Counted from the first letter of the stretch, positions 41,123 through 52,310 are shown. The stretch: 64,000 nucleotides of DNA from Bradyrhizobium sp. (GCA_041490045.1 JBGPSI010000005.1:531-64530); one strand, 5' to 3'. A program made the numbers and translations. The notes: generated by a model from the sequence alone, not told the origin.

Positions 41123-41353
41123 GTGACCGACACGCGCGACCACCCAGACGGCGACCGAGGCCCCGCTTCGGCGCATTCGCACGCCAGCGAGACCGGGGGC
41201 AGCCACCTTGCCCACTGGCCGCCGCCGCAGCGCGGACGGGAAGTCAAGCCGGCGCAAGTGAAGCACCCGCACCAGCCGGGCGAACCGGAACCGCACGCGA
41301 AACCGCACGGTCTGGGTCTGACGCGCTCGGCCTTCAAGGACGACGACGAGTAG
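41123..41353 (+). CDS. Small hypothetical protein (76 aa, Pro/His-rich)
   Basis: GGAG RBS before GTG; only plausible ORF in the glmU-glmS gap. Confidence 0.55.
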   Translation: MTDTRDHPDGDRGPASAHSHASETGGSHLAHWPPPQRGREVKPAQVKHPHQPGEPEPHAKPHGLGLTRSAFKDDDE

Positions 41354-41398
41354 CGCTGCGGTGCAAACGGTCGCGGAAAGCGACGGCCTTGAGCTTCT

Positions 41399-42754
41399 TC
41401 AAGGCTTGAGCTTCTTGTCCCTGGTCTTCATCTCTCGATATCGCGCAGCGCCGCCCTCTCGGATGCTTTGCTGGCTGCGCTCGACCGCCATCGCATCGTC
41501 GGGCACGTCTTTCGTGATCACCGAGCCCGACCCGATATAGGCGCCGTTGCCGATCTTCACGGGCGCCACCAGCGAGGAGTTGGTGCCGACGAAGGCGGCC
41601 TTGCCGATTTCGGTCCTGTGCTTGGAAAAACCGTCATAGTTGCAGGTGATGGTGCCGGCGCCGATGTTGGCCCCCGCGCCGACATGAGCATCGCCGATAT
41701 AGCTGAGATGGTTGACCTTGACGCCCGCCTCGAGGGTTGCGGCCTTGGTCTCGACGAAATTGCCGATCCTGGCGCCGTCGCCGAGCGAGGTGCCCGGCCT
41801 CAAGCGCGCATAGGGACCGACCGACGCGTTCCTGCCGATCGAGGCCTGCACGATGTGGGAAAACGAATGGATCACCGCGCCGTCCGCGATCGAGACGCCG
41901 GGACCGATCACCACGAACGGCTCGATCGTGACGTCGCTGCCGAAGCTCGTGTCGGCGGCGAGGTAGACCGTATCGGGCGCGATCATGGTGACGCCGGCCT
42001 CCAGCGCCGCCTTGCGCAGCCGCGCCTGCATCACGGCTTCGGCTTCGGCGAGCTGGGCCTTGGTGTTGATGCCGCGCACTTCATCCTCGCTGGTTTCGAT
42101 CACGACCGCCTCCAATCCCAGGTTCCGTACGATGGCAACAGCGTCGGTCAGATAGTATTCGCCCTTGCTGTTGGCATTGCCTATTTTTTCGATGATTTCC
42201 AGCGCCCGGCGGCCGTTGAACGCCATTACGCCGGCGTTGCTGAGCTTGATGGCGCGCTCGGCGGGGCTGGCGTCGGCCTGTTCGCGGATCGCCACCAGCC
42301 GGTCGCCTTCGACCAACAGCCGGCCGTAGCCGGTGGGGTCGGCGGCGCGAAAGCCGAGCACGGCCAGGGCCGCGCCGTTCTGCAGCGGCGCGCGCAAACG
42401 GGCAAAGGTCGCGGCCGAAATCAGCGGGGTGTCGCCGAATGCAACCACCAGATCGTCGGCGCCCCGGGCGATCGCCTCGCGTGCGGCGAGCACCGCATGC
42501 GCGGTGCCGAGCCGCTCGCGCTGCACGTAGGTCGCGGCATCCGGGCGCAGCCGCCTGGTCTCTTTCTCGACCGCCCCGTGATCGGGCCCGACGACTACCG
42601 CAAGTGCTGCGCCCGCGCCTTTGGGGGCTGCGCCAAGCACATGCGCCAGCAGCGACTGACCCGCCACCGGATGAAGCACCTTTGGCATCGAAGAGCGCAT
42701 CCGCGTGCCCTCGCCGGCCGCGAGCACGATCGTGAGGCTGGATCGAACGGTCAT
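41399..42754 (-). CDS. glmU: Bifunctional UDP-GlcNAc pyrophosphorylase / GlcN-1-P acetyltransferase
   Basis: [26 protein letters not shown], hexapeptide repeats, [11 protein letters not shown]; start ATG 42754. Confidence 0.97.
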   Translation of the reverse strand: MTVRSSLTIVLAAGEGTRMRSSMPKVLHPVAGQSLLAHVLGAAPKGAGAALAVVVGPDHGAVEKETRRLRPDAATYVQRERLGTAHAVLAAREAIARGADDLVVAFGDTPLISAATFARLRAPLQNGAALAVLGFRAADPTGYGRLLVEGDRLVAIREQADASPAERAIKLSNAGVMAFNGRRALEIIEKIGNANSKGEYYLTDAVAIVRNLGLEAVVIETSEDEVRGINTKAQLAEAEAVMQARLRKAALEAGVTMIAPDTVYLAADTSFGSDVTIEPFVVIGPGVSIADGAVIHSFSHIVQASIGRNASVGPYARLRPGTSLGDGARIGNFVETKAATLEAGVKVNHLSYIGDAHVGAGANIGAGTITCNYDGFSKHRTEIGKAAFVGTNSSLVAPVKIGNGAYIGSGSVITKDVPDDAMAVERSQQSIREGGAARYREMKTRDKKLKP

Positions 42755-42919
42755 CTGAACCCTTAAAGCTGTGGAAAGCAGCGGCGCATCCGCCGCTGCC
42801 GTAATAAAGCGTTTTTCGTTGGAGTGGAAACCGGCAGGATACCCCGGATTCCAGCGCAAGGCGTTTTTCCTGTTAATGTTTCTGCGTGATTCGGTGGGCG
42901 CGGGGGGCCCAAGCGTCGC

Positions 42920-44380
42920 ATGGCGAGGGACACCGACAAGCGGGCTAGCAGCTTCGAGACCGAAAATACCGGCGGCCTGCTGTCGGGATTGTTGGCCGAG
43001 GAGGATGTTTTCGACCGTCGGGCGCTCTGGCGGCTGGGGTTCTGGGGCGTGGCTTCCGTGGCCGCGGTCGTCCTGGCCGTCTACGCCAATCAAGCGTCTA
43101 GCACCGCACGCCGGGACCAACTCGCGGTGGCGCAGCAGGAAGAGCAGATCCGGCTTCTCGCCAAGGAAAGCCAGGGCGAGGCCCGGCGGCTGGCCTCCGC
43201 CATCGAGACCCTCAACGGCGATCGCGACCGGCTGTTTTCCCGCGTCACGGTGCTGGAACAGGGCCTGGAAACCATGACCGGCGCCATAGCGAAACAACAG
43301 GTCGCGGCGTCGCCGCAGCCGCCCACGTCAACGGCGGCGGCCGCCGCCGCGGCGAACGATCCGCAGCCTCCGGCTCAGAAGCAACTGCAGGCTCAGAGCC
43401 CGCCCCCCGCTCCCGCGCTGTCCCCGGTGGCGACGATGGCGCCAAAGCCCGTCGAAAAACCCGTGGAGAAGCCGGCCCCGGTGGCCGCCGCGGCCCCGGA
43501 GCCTGCTCCTGCGACGGTGGCGTCCCTCTCCCAGAAGCCGTCAAATCCACAGCCAACCACGACCACGCCGGCGACTTCACCGGTCATGATGACTGCGCCG
43601 ACCGTCACCCCCCTTCCCCCTTTGGTGGCCGCGAAATCGATGATGGGTCCACCCGATCCAGCCGCGCCGAAACTGATCGAACCCGAAAAGCCAGCCACAC
43701 CGGAAAAGCCGGCGACACCCGAGAAGCAGGCGATACCCGAGAAGCAAGCGGCGATCGTGAAACCGGAGAAGCCCGAGAAGTCTGAGAAATCCGAGAAACC
43801 GGAAAAGCCGGCGAAGGACATTACCGCCGCGCCGATGGCGGAAGTGGTGGCGTCGGCTCCCCCCACCGATGACGCGGAGCAGGACGCAGCGAAGTCCCTG
43901 CCCAAGCTCCCCGTGCAGCGCACTGAATTCGGTGTCGACGTCGGCGGCGCGAATTCGGTCGGCGGCCTGCGCGCGCTGTGGCGCGGACTTCTGAAGTCGA
44001 GGTCGAACGCGGCGCTGACGACCTTGCGCCCGATCATCGTCATCAAGGAAGGCAGCAACGGTCTCGGCATGCAATTGCGGCTGGTCGCCGGCCCGCTCGA
44101 CGACGCGGCGGCAGCGGCGAAGATCTGCGCCGGCCTGACCGAAAACAACCGGCCCTGCGCGACTACGGTATTCGACGGTCAGCATCTGGTCATGAATGCC
44201 GACGAGGCGGCTGGCGCCGAGCGTGCGACCGACAAGCCGGTCGCCACCAGGCCGGCGACCACCCGGTATTTCGTCCGCCGGCGGGGCCTTCCAAAGCGGG
44301 TGGCGGTCGAGGAGCCGGCGAAGAAGCCCGATCCGCCGTCCACATTGTCGTCGTTCTTCCGGCGTGGGAACCCACAATAA
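42920..44380 (+). CDS. Membrane-anchored coiled-coil, Pro-rich protein with C-terminal SPOR-like domain
   Basis: TM helix near aa 40-55, coiled coil, PEK repeats, EFGVDVGGA...[18 protein letters not shown]. Confidence 0.7.
   Translation: MARDTDKRASSFETENTGGLLSGLLAEEDVFDRRALWRLGFWGVASVAAVVLAVYANQASSTARRDQLAVAQQEEQIRLLAKESQGEARRLASAIETLNGDRDRLFSRVTVLEQGLETMTGAIAKQQVAASPQPPTSTAAAAAAANDPQPPAQKQLQAQSPPPAPALSPVATMAPKPVEKPVEKPAPVAAAAPEPAPATVASLSQKPSNPQPTTTTPATSPVMMTAPTVTPLPPLVAAKSMMGPPDPAAPKLIEPEKPATPEKPATPEKQAIPEKQAAIVKPEKPEKSEKSEKPEKPAKDITAAPMAEVVASAPPTDDAEQDAAKSLPKLPVQRTEFGVDVGGANSVGGLRALWRGLLKSRSNAALTTLRPIIVIKEGSNGLGMQLRLVAGPLDDAAAAAKICAGLTENNRPCATTVFDGQHLVMNADEAAGAERATDKPVATRPATTRYFVRRRGLPKRVAVEEPAKKPDPPSTLSSFFRRGNPQ
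43682..43808 (+). repeat. Intragenic 18-bp and 9-bp tandem repeats encoding PEKPAT / PEK
   Basis: Four CCxGAxAAGCxxGCxxxx units, then five xCxGAxAAx units. Confidence 0.8.
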
Positions 44381-44482
44381 AACCCACGATTCCAACGCTT
44401 TGAGATCAGTTTCTCATTTGCTTTAGCGACGGCGGCCATGGCCCGCCTTGTCCCGCCAGCCATTCCCGATCATATTCGCGAA

Positions 44483-44863
44483 ATGAAAAAAACTCCGTTC
44501 CGGCTCACGTCCTATCAGGTGCAATGGCTGTTGGTGGTCGGCTTCCTGACCGTCGGCTACGCGCTCTATCTGCGCTATCTCGCGATCGAGTTCTCGACCG
44601 TTGCGCTCGCCTGCGACGCCGGTCTGCAGACCATGCTGTGCAAGACCAGGATTCTCGCGACTTCGCTGTTTCGCAATTCGGTGTTCGGCATTGTCGCGCT
44701 CATCATCGCGGCGCTGCACGTCATCCGTCCCTCGATCGTCTTGCTGACGGGCGGGCTGATCGCCGCCGGATTCGGGATCGTGCTTTACAATATCGCGCTG
44801 TCGGGCCTTGCGATCGGCCTGCTCATTCTGGGTTTTGCACGGCCCGCGCCTGCCACAGCGTAA
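44483..44863 (+). CDS. Hypothetical membrane protein
   Basis: About four TM segments; 3' end overlaps ndvC convergently by 41 bp. Confidence 0.7.
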   Translation: MKKTPFRLTSYQVQWLLVVGFLTVGYALYLRYLAIEFSTVALACDAGLQTMLCKTRILATSLFRNSVFGIVALIIAALHVIRPSIVLLTGGLIAAGFGIVLYNIALSGLAIGLLILGFARPAPATA

Positions 44864-46448
44864 CGGCGAGCAGGAAATAGATCGCGCAGGTCCAAAGCGA
44901 CTGCCAGTTGTTCGATCCTTCGTTGAAGATCGTGTAGAGCGCCGCCACGGCCAAAAGCCCGGCGAACACCGCTTCCGCGATCGGGCGTACGCCCTGCTGC
45001 GGCCGATTGAGCAGCGTCAGCAGAGAAAATGGCACCACCGCCATGGTCAGGGAGGCAAACGGAAAGTCGCGGTAGCGCGGATCGAACACAAAGCCGAGCG
45101 CAGTCTCGGCGCCGATCAGGGTCGTCACCGCCAGCGCCAGGCCCAGGATCACCGTCAGCGCCGATCGGGTGCGCCACTCGCGGGGCCCGAGCAGTTCCAG
45201 GAATGTCGGCAGCGCCCGCCCCGACATCAGCGCGTTGGCGACGAGCAGGGGCGCGGCCGTGCCGGCGGCCAGCAGCGCGCCCCAGCCGAGCCAGCCCCCA
45301 AAACCGTAGCTTTCATAGAACATCTTGTCGGCGGCGATGCCGAGCAGAATGCCGGCCGTGGTCGCCGATAGCGAGACCGCGATCCAGGACGCCAGCCGCG
45401 GCTTCCATGGCCGGCGGCGCAGCGTCAGCCAGGCGGCGCCGAACACGAGGAAGGACAGCGCCATTCCGCATCCCATCTGCAGCTTCCAGAATGGGAAGTT
45501 GCTGATGGCGATTCCCGACGGGTATTTCACTGCGCGCTGCACAGAATCGAACAGGCCCCAATAGCCGCCGACCGTGCCCTCGAGCTGGCGCTTCCAAGGC
45601 TGGTCGTAAGCCTCAATCAGGTTGACGCGAAAATTCTCCCGTTTCGCGAGGTCAAGGATTTCCGAGACCACGCGGGCCTGGTTGGTGCGCGACGGCAGAG
45701 CGCCCTCGCGCATCCGCCCTTCGCTCGGCCAGCCGGTTTCGCCGATCAGGATCTCCTTGCCGGGAAACGCCACCGCCATCCGCCGGCGGATGGCATCGAC
45801 ATGGGCCGAGGCATATTTGGCACGGATCGGAAAGTCTTCCCAGTACGGCAGGATATGTATGGTGACGAAGTCGACCGCGTCATAGACCTCGCGATTGCGC
45901 AGCCAGTATTCCCAGACGTCGGCATAGGTCACGGGAACGTCGACCTGCGCCTTGACCGAGCGGATGGTGGCGGCGAGATCGGCCGTGGTCATTTCCCCCC
46001 GCAGCAATACCTCGTTGCCGACCACCACCGAGGTGATGGTGCCGGGAAACTCCTTGGTCAGCCGCACGGCGATGGCGATCTGGGCGAGGTTCTTCAACCG
46101 GTTGCCGCCGAGCCAGATGCCCTGGATGACTTTCAGCCCGACCTTGGCAGCAATGCCCGGGACCTGATCGAGGCCGTTTTCGATCGAATAGGTCCGTACG
46201 CAATCGGTGATCTTGGCGAGTTGCTCGAGATCCTCGGCGATCTGTTCGGCCGACACATGGGTGGTCGGCGACAGCGGCGTCTGGGCGCCGCGGAACGGCG
46301 CATAGGACACGCACATCAACTTGGCGTTGGGATCGATCGGCGCGCGCGACAGCGTGATCGGCGTGGCCAGCCACCACCACGCCGCGGCAATCGCACCGAG
46401 AGACAGAAGGAGAAGCGCCAGCGGCGTACGAAGAGAAATCGGTTCCAA
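44823..46448 (-). CDS. ndvC: Cyclic beta-(1,6)-glucan synthesis protein NdvC (GH17 plus membrane domain)
   Basis: CVSYAPFR, VVGNEVLLR, IGETGWPS, IEAYDQPWK; TTG start after AAAGGA; context ndvD/ndvB. Confidence 0.82.
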   Translation of the reverse strand: MEPISLRTPLALLLLSLGAIAAAWWWLATPITLSRAPIDPNAKLMCVSYAPFRGAQTPLSPTTHVSAEQIAEDLEQLAKITDCVRTYSIENGLDQVPGIAAKVGLKVIQGIWLGGNRLKNLAQIAIAVRLTKEFPGTITSVVVGNEVLLRGEMTTADLAATIRSVKAQVDVPVTYADVWEYWLRNREVYDAVDFVTIHILPYWEDFPIRAKYASAHVDAIRRRMAVAFPGKEILIGETGWPSEGRMREGALPSRTNQARVVSEILDLAKRENFRVNLIEAYDQPWKRQLEGTVGGYWGLFDSVQRAVKYPSGIAISNFPFWKLQMGCGMALSFLVFGAAWLTLRRRPWKPRLASWIAVSLSATTAGILLGIAADKMFYESYGFGGWLGWGALLAAGTAAPLLVANALMSGRALPTFLELLGPREWRTRSALTVILGLALAVTTLIGAETALGFVFDPRYRDFPFASLTMAVVPFSLLTLLNRPQQGVRPIAEAVFAGLLAVAALYTIFNEGSNNWQSLWTCAIYFLLAVTLWQARAVQNPE

Positions 46449-46722
46449 TCCTTTCGGGCGGGGATCGTCGATTAGCCGGTCACCGGCCGTCTGCCAAGAG
46501 CTGGCTACAAGAGCAGGCTGGATGCAATCCCAAGCCTGCATGCGCCTGAGGCTTTACCACAACGCGATAAAGTTGTGACTTTACTGGACAAATTCCGAAA
46601 TGTCCGTCATGGGAATCCACCAGATAATCGCCAGGCGTCTCCGCCGCATTGGGGACCTATTTGGACGGCATCAACGCGAGCCGCGCCCTGCCGGGCGCCA
46701 TCGGGAACTAATCGGGGAATTT

Positions 46723-47304
46723 ATGCGTCGACGGGTGTTCAAGCTTCGAAATGCGGTTCTGCGTCACCTCGCCGCCCCCGGGTTTGCACTGCTGATCGGT
46801 ATCGGAAGCGCCGCCGCCCAGAGCGGCGATTCCAAGGCCCAGGACCAGTCCGGCAAGCCGGCGGCCGCGGCCCCGGCTGACGTGGCCAAGGACAATCAAC
46901 GCAAGACCGACGAATTCGCCGAAGCGGCCCAGGCCATCAACGGCCCGGCTGGAAACCCCGAATGCGTCTGGTTCGGCCGCCGCGTGGTGCGCCTGATGTG
47001 GCTCGACGACATCGACACCGCGCTCCGGCACCTCGATCTTTATGACCGCTTTGGCTGTCCCGGCGGCCATGTCCAGGCGACCTTCCGCTGCCTGACCCGG
47101 TTTGGCGCCCAGATCGATCCCAAGGTGGCCGAAACCCTTAACAGCCGGGTTCACGCCTGCTGGATCAACCCCAACGCCCAACCGCAGGCGGCCGCGGCTG
47201 CGACCCCTGCCGCGCCGGCGACTGCCGGCGCCGCGGCGGCGGCCCCCGCCGCGGGAGCACCGCCGGCCGCGGCGGCTCCGCCGGCACCCGTCCCCACCAA
47301 ATAA
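46723..47304 (+). CDS. ndvD: Secreted cyclic beta-glucan protein NdvD
   Basis: Signal peptide, four Cys (PECVW, RFGCP, FRCL, HACW); lies between ndvC and ndvB. Confidence 0.7.
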   Translation: MRRRVFKLRNAVLRHLAAPGFALLIGIGSAAAQSGDSKAQDQSGKPAAAAPADVAKDNQRKTDEFAEAAQAINGPAGNPECVWFGRRVVRLMWLDDIDTALRHLDLYDRFGCPGGHVQATFRCLTRFGAQIDPKVAETLNSRVHACWINPNAQPQAAAAATPAAPATAGAAAAAPAAGAPPAAAAPPAPVPTK

Positions 47305-47489
47305 TACGCCCTCCGGCGGAACGATCCCAAATTTTCGCGGTTGGCAGAGTTCGCGCCCTGAAAACGCCACGGCGTCATAAGAGTTGTTAAATCGCGTGGC
47401 AGAGATATGTTTGATTTGCCGCTGACTCGGTCGGATCTCGGGGTCGGGTCCGCTTCCCTGCCATGTTCGCCCCAGATGGTTTAGTTGCG

Positions 47490-50168
47490 ATGCGCGCCGT
47501 CGTCGCCGTTGTGCTGCTTGTGACCGCGGTTCACGCTGCGATGTGGGGGGCGTTCAGGGACAAGCAGGAGGCCCCCGACTTCACCGGCATCCTGCCGAGC
47601 GTGTCCTATGCGCCGTTCGAAGGAACCGGCCATCCCGACGTGGACAATATTCCCAGCGTCGAAAAGATCCGCGCCGACATGAAAAGGCTGGCCCCGCTGA
47701 CGCGGGCGATCCGGCTTTACTCCTCGACCGGCGGCGTCGAACTGGTGCCGCCGATCGCCGCCGAGTTCGGTCTGAAAGTCACGGTCGGCGCCTGGATCGA
47801 CAAGAATTCCGACCGCAACGAGCGCGAGATCGATTCCGCGATCAACCTCGCCCGCCACAACAGCAACGTGATCGGCGTCGTCGTCGGCAACGAGACGATC
47901 TATCGCGGCGAGCAGAAGGTCGACGACCTGATCGAGCTGATCAAGCGGGTCAAGAAATCCGTCAATGTGCCGGTCACGACCGGCGAAATCTGGAACATCT
48001 GGCGCGACAATCCGCAGCTCGGCTACTCCGTCGACTTCATCGCCGCGCACGTCCTGCCCTACTGGGAAAACTTCACCGCCAACCAGGCGGTCGACCAGGC
48101 GGTCTCGATGTACCAGCTCCTGCGCGACCAGTTCCCCGGCAAGCGGATCGTGATCGCCGAATTCGGCTGGCCGAGCGCCGGCTACAATCTGCGCAATGCC
48201 GTTCCCGGCCCGTTCGAGCAGGCCATGGTGCTGCGCAATTTCGTCAGCCGGGCCGAAGCCATCGGCATGGAATACAACATCGTCGAGGCGATCGATCAGC
48301 CCTGGAAATTCTTCGAGGGCGGCGTCGGTCCCTATTGGGGCATTCTGAACGCCGCGCGCGAGCCGAAATTTTCGTGGGTAGGGCCGATCGTCAATCCCGA
48401 CTACTGGAAGCTCGCGACCATCGCGGTCCTGGTCGGCATCCTGATGTCGCTGCCGATCTTCAAGCTGGCGCAGCCGACGGTGATGCAGGCACTGATGCTA
48501 TCGGCGGCGGCGAACGGCGTCGGGGCCTGGGCGGCCACCGTGTTCGCCTACTGGAACGGGCACTACTTCGTGTTCGGCTCGGCTTTTGCTCTCACGCTTG
48601 GTCTAATCCTGCTGGTGCCGCTGGTACTGATCGCGATGGCGCGGATCGAGGAAATCGCCGCGATTGCGTTCGGCCAGAAGCCCCACCGGCTCATCGTGAA
48701 GGGAGCGCCGGTGGCGCCCGCCACCATCGGCGAAGGCGTGACCTTTCCAAAGGTCTCGATCCACATCCCGGCCTATTTCGAGCCGGTCGACATGCTCAAA
48801 GCTACCCTCGATGCGGTCTCGCGGCTGGATTATCCGAACTTCGAATGCGTGGTCATCATCAACAACACACCTGACCCTGCGTTCTGGCAACCGATCCAGG
48901 ATCACTGCCGCGCGCTCGGCGAGCGCTTCAAGTTCATCAATGCCGAGAAGGTGCAGGGCTTCAAGGCCGGCGCCTTGCGCATCGCGATGGAACGCACCGC
49001 GGTCGATGCCGAGATCATCGGCATCATCGACGCCGACTATATGGTCGAGCCGGACTGGCTGAAGGACCTGGTGCCGGTATTCGCCGATCCCCGCGTCGGC
49101 CTCGTGCAGGCGCCGCAGGACCATCGCGACGGCAACACGTCGCTGATGCATTACATCATGAACGGCGAATATGCCGGGTTCTTCGACATCGGCATGGTCC
49201 AGCGCAACGAGGAAAACGCCATCATCGTTCACGGCACCATGTGCCTGATCCGGCGCGCGGCGATGGACATGGCCGGCGGCTGGGCCGGCGACACCATCTG
49301 CGAGGATACCGACCTCGGCCTTGCCATCATCGAGCAGGGCTGGCTGACGCATTACACCAACCACCGTTACGGTTACGGCCTGCTGCCCGACACCTATGAG
49401 GCCTTCAAGAAGCAGCGCCATCGCTGGGCCTATGGCGGCTTCCAGATCGTCAAGAAGCACTGGCGGCGGTTCCTGCCCGGCGCCAGCCGGCTGTCGCCGC
49501 AGCAGCGTCGCGAATTTTCGCTGGGCTGGCTGAACTGGCTCGGCGCGGAGAGCCTCGGCGTGCTGGTTGCGATCCTCAATTTGATCTGGGTTCCGATCGT
49601 CGCCTTCGCCGACATCGCCATTCCCGACAAGATCCTGACGCTGCCGATCATCGCTTCCTTCGTGGTCTCGCTCTTGCATTTCATGGTGCTGTATCGCCTG
49701 CGGGTGCCGGTGAAATGGGGGCAGATGCTGGGCGCGATGGTCGCCGCGATGTCGGTGCAGTGGACGGTGTCGCGCGCGGTCGCCAACGGGCTGATCACCG
49801 AGCACCTCGCCTTCGCCCGCACTTCCAAGGGCGGCCTGTCGCGGATGTCGATCGAGTTCCAGGCGTTCTGGGAAGCCGTGATCGGCGTGCTGCTGCTGGT
49901 CGGCGCGGCCGTTTTGGTCGCCACCAACAGCTTCAAGGAAGTGCGCGAGATCTATATCTTTGCAGGCGTGCTGGTGCTGCAGAGCCTGCCGTTCCTGGCG
50001 GCGGTCGCGATTGCGATCCTGGAGAATTCGCGGATCAACTCGTTCGAATTCTGGCGCAAAACCGGGATCCGGACCGCTGAGCTTATCGGGCTGCGCCCGG
50101 TGAGCCTGCCGACGGGGGTCGGCTCCTCGCAGCCGGTGGCGTCCAAGATTCATACCGAGGCGAGCTGA
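47490..50168 (+). CDS. ndvB: Cyclic beta-(1,3)-glucan synthase NdvB (GH17 plus GT2)
   Basis: GH17 VVGNE/AEFGWPS; GT2 FKAGAL, IDADY, CEDTDL, QRHRW. Confidence 0.88.
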   Translation: MRAVVAVVLLVTAVHAAMWGAFRDKQEAPDFTGILPSVSYAPFEGTGHPDVDNIPSVEKIRADMKRLAPLTRAIRLYSSTGGVELVPPIAAEFGLKVTVGAWIDKNSDRNEREIDSAINLARHNSNVIGVVVGNETIYRGEQKVDDLIELIKRVKKSVNVPVTTGEIWNIWRDNPQLGYSVDFIAAHVLPYWENFTANQAVDQAVSMYQLLRDQFPGKRIVIAEFGWPSAGYNLRNAVPGPFEQAMVLRNFVSRAEAIGMEYNIVEAIDQPWKFFEGGVGPYWGILNAAREPKFSWVGPIVNPDYWKLATIAVLVGILMSLPIFKLAQPTVMQALMLSAAANGVGAWAATVFAYWNGHYFVFGSAFALTLGLILLVPLVLIAMARIEEIAAIAFGQKPHRLIVKGAPVAPATIGEGVTFPKVSIHIPAYFEPVDMLKATLDAVSRLDYPNFECVVIINNTPDPAFWQPIQDHCRALGERFKFINAEKVQGFKAGALRIAMERTAVDAEIIGIIDADYMVEPDWLKDLVPVFADPRVGLVQAPQDHRDGNTSLMHYIMNGEYAGFFDIGMVQRNEENAIIVHGTMCLIRRAAMDMAGGWAGDTICEDTDLGLAIIEQGWLTHYTNHRYGYGLLPDTYEAFKKQRHRWAYGGFQIVKKHWRRFLPGASRLSPQQRREFSLGWLNWLGAESLGVLVAILNLIWVPIVAFADIAIPDKILTLPIIASFVVSLLHFMVLYRLRVPVKWGQMLGAMVAAMSVQWTVSRAVANGLITEHLAFARTSKGGLSRMSIEFQAFWEAVIGVLLLVGAAVLVATNSFKEVREIYIFAGVLVLQSLPFLAAVAIAILENSRINSFEFWRKTGIRTAELIGLRPVSLPTGVGSSQPVASKIHTEAS

Positions 50169-50278
50169 GGCAGGCGGGTTTTGGAGGCGGTCCCCCGTCT
50201 GAGGACTCCCGGCTAACGGACGGAGCCGGCACGACAATCCGACTTCTCCCGCCCGCCGGTTTGCCGGTCGCCGCGCTA

Positions 50279-50307
50279 TTGACCCGCACCAAGCGGACCC
50301 CTACACA
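50279..50307 (+). promoter_or_regulatory. Sigma-70 promoter of tRNA-Lys
   Basis: TTGACC-N17-TACACA, 11 nt before the tRNA. Confidence 0.55.
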
Positions 50308-50318
50308 GCGCCTCACGT

Positions 50319-50394
50319 GAGCGCGTAGCTCAGGCGGTAGAGCACGTGACTTTTAATCATGGGGTCGAGGGTTCGAGTCCCTCCGCGCTCACCA
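50319..50394 (+). tRNA. tRNA-Lys(UUU)
   Basis: GAGCGCG/CGCGCTC acceptor stem, anticodon loop CTTTTAA, GTTCGAGTC T-loop, encoded CCA; 76 nt. Confidence 0.97.
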
Positions 50395-50630
50395 AGCAAA
50401 TCAAGCACTTAGCCAGAAATCGCCGAACCTCAGAAACTGCCCGTGTGGGCACTGTGTCGGCAAATCGATTGCCACGCGCTGCGGGTTACTCCCGGAAAGC
50501 CGTCGAGCACCAATGTGCAGCCTAGTCAGCTTTCAGCGCGCCGGAATGTGTGAATCGGGCATGAGCCCAGTCGATGCTGTGCGTGGGCATACTCTGGGAA
50601 GGCCGCTGCTGCAGATCCGGCTGAACTGTC

Positions 50631-51236
50631 TCAGCCCTGGGGGATGGCTGGAAAACTTAGGGGCGCTCCTCTAACCGAGAAAGGCCCTACAGGTTTGGGC
50701 TGCCCAGCAATCCCTTTGCGCACCACTCTGGATAGCCGGTTTCGAGCGCGCCCTCTTGGAATGGAGGAGGTTATTTCCGGCGCTATTGCATTTTGCAGCG
50801 AGTCGACCTTCGCGATAAGCGTGGAAAGCTGAGCAGATATCTTCTTCACGTCGACATGCTCGTCCGTGATGCTCTGTCTTAGAGAAGCAAGCGTAGTTGA
50901 ATCCTGCTGAAGCAGCGCTGTGTTCTGTTGCAATGAGGAGCTATTTTCTTGCAGCGAGGCAACGTGTTGTTGCTGAGTTGACTGAATATCCTTCAAGGCG
51001 GCGAGAACCGGATCCGGTATTGGATCGGAAGCTTTCTGGTGCGGAAGCAGTTCGGCCAAATAGCTGACATTCGGCAGGGTAAAATCGGAAGGCGACAGTG
51101 TATAGACGGCCGCACTAGCGTTTAGGCCAAGAGCGAACACCGACAGCGCCAGGATCGATTTCCGGCTCGATTGCCTGCTCGGTGTTGTGGATTCGGGTTG
51201 TTCGGTTTGGCTTGGCGTTTCCGATGTCGTGGTCAC
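50631..51236 (-). CDS. Hypothetical membrane-anchored coiled-coil protein
   Basis: GTG start after GAGG; hydrophobic segment then Gln/Ser heptads (LQENSSSLQQNTALLQQD); atypical codon usage. Confidence 0.6.
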   Translation of the reverse strand: MTTTSETPSQTEQPESTTPSRQSSRKSILALSVFALGLNASAAVYTLSPSDFTLPNVSYLAELLPHQKASDPIPDPVLAALKDIQSTQQQHVASLQENSSSLQQNTALLQQDSTTLASLRQSITDEHVDVKKISAQLSTLIAKVDSLQNAIAPEITSSIPRGRARNRLSRVVRKGIAGQPKPVGPFSVRGAPLSFPAIPQG

Positions 51237-51784
51237 GTGCGTCGACCTCAAATGAGTGAACAAAAAACGGAGCCGTCGCTGGATCGTCCTCGCGACGGCT
51301 CCTCTACGCGGCACCCATCTAACTGGCCTGGATTATGGGCTGATGAGATTAATTCCGCGTTATCGCCGCAGCCGCCTTGCGTGGGCTGCAATCCGCTGGC
51401 GGTTACGCTTTCTGGCTGTCTGGCGCCGGCGCTTCATGGCGTGACCGCCTTCTCGCCGTACCAAGCGGCTTGATGGCCCGCCCTGAGCTTCTTCAACACC
51501 TGGAACACCGCGAACATTGCCTTTTCGTGCTTGTCGTCCCTGCCCTCAATCGCGCTTTCCGCCTCTGCATCGCGATGCTCGCCATGTGCTGGCAATCGGA
51601 AATCGGCCCCTCAAGATCCCGGATATCAGACTGCAGTCGGCGAATATCGAGTTCACCATGAAGCGGCTGCGAGAGCCGATCGAAGGCGCCGCCGCACGCT
51701 TCGCATTGGTATTCCGCCACAGCCTTGCCCGGAACGAAACTACGTCATAGCATGTTTGCTATTGGTGGTTCGCGAGTACCTATA

Positions 51785-52108
51785 ATGCGTAGGTCCCCAT
51801 CCATCGTTCCCGGCGGTGAGACGACGACCGTTTATTTGGTCGTCGACAATCTCGGCAGGCTAGGCAGCGTCTGGCGCGAGGTCGACGTGGAAGCCACGGA
51901 TTACGAAACCGTCTTTCGAGACTTATTAAGCGGCCAATACAGCAACCCAGTTCGGATCGTGAGCTTCAATACGGCGGAGGGCTGGTCACGCGATGTCTCC
52001 AGCGAAGTTGCAGAAGATTTGCAACAGCGATGCGACCTTGAGAACAAGGTACTTCCGGAGAGCCTCAAGGCATTCGTTGAGAGCCACGCGAAGAAGAAGA
52101 TGGCGTAG
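51785..52108 (+). CDS. Conserved-looking small hypothetical protein
   Basis: MRRSPSIVPG...YLVVDNLGRLGSVWRE...DLLSGQYSNPVRIVSFNTAEGWSRDVS; resembles a common rhizobial accessory family. Confidence 0.7.
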   Translation: MRRSPSIVPGGETTTVYLVVDNLGRLGSVWREVDVEATDYETVFRDLLSGQYSNPVRIVSFNTAEGWSRDVSSEVAEDLQQRCDLENKVLPESLKAFVESHAKKKMA

Positions 52109-52129
52109 GGATCGCAAATTCCGCCGGAG

Positions 52130-52310
52130 ATGAAGCGACCCGAAAAAATCACCCTGGGCGAAATGCGCGCGTCCGGCGTGCGCGGCCTACTCATCTATTG
52201 CTCGGATTTACGGTGCAGCCATTCAACGGCAATCAGCGGAGACAGATGGCCCGACGACGTTCGGCTATCCGATCTTGCGGAAACCTCGTTTGCGGTCGTG
52301 GCGATCCGCA
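52130..52310 (+). pseudogene. Disrupted small Cys-containing (Zn-ribbon-like) protein
   Basis: KITLGEMRASGVRGLLIYCSDLRCSHS..ISGDRWPDDVRLSDL then loses the expected second CxxC and reads on antisense into the next gene. Confidence 0.5.

Noticed and set aside
43682-43808. Tandem repeats as a possible CRISPR array
   Set aside because: In-frame degenerate coding repeats with no spacers and no cas genes; no CRISPR array seen in the window
51256-51785. Several short ORFs after the coiled-coil gene
   Set aside because: Look like frameshifted remnants; no supportable product call
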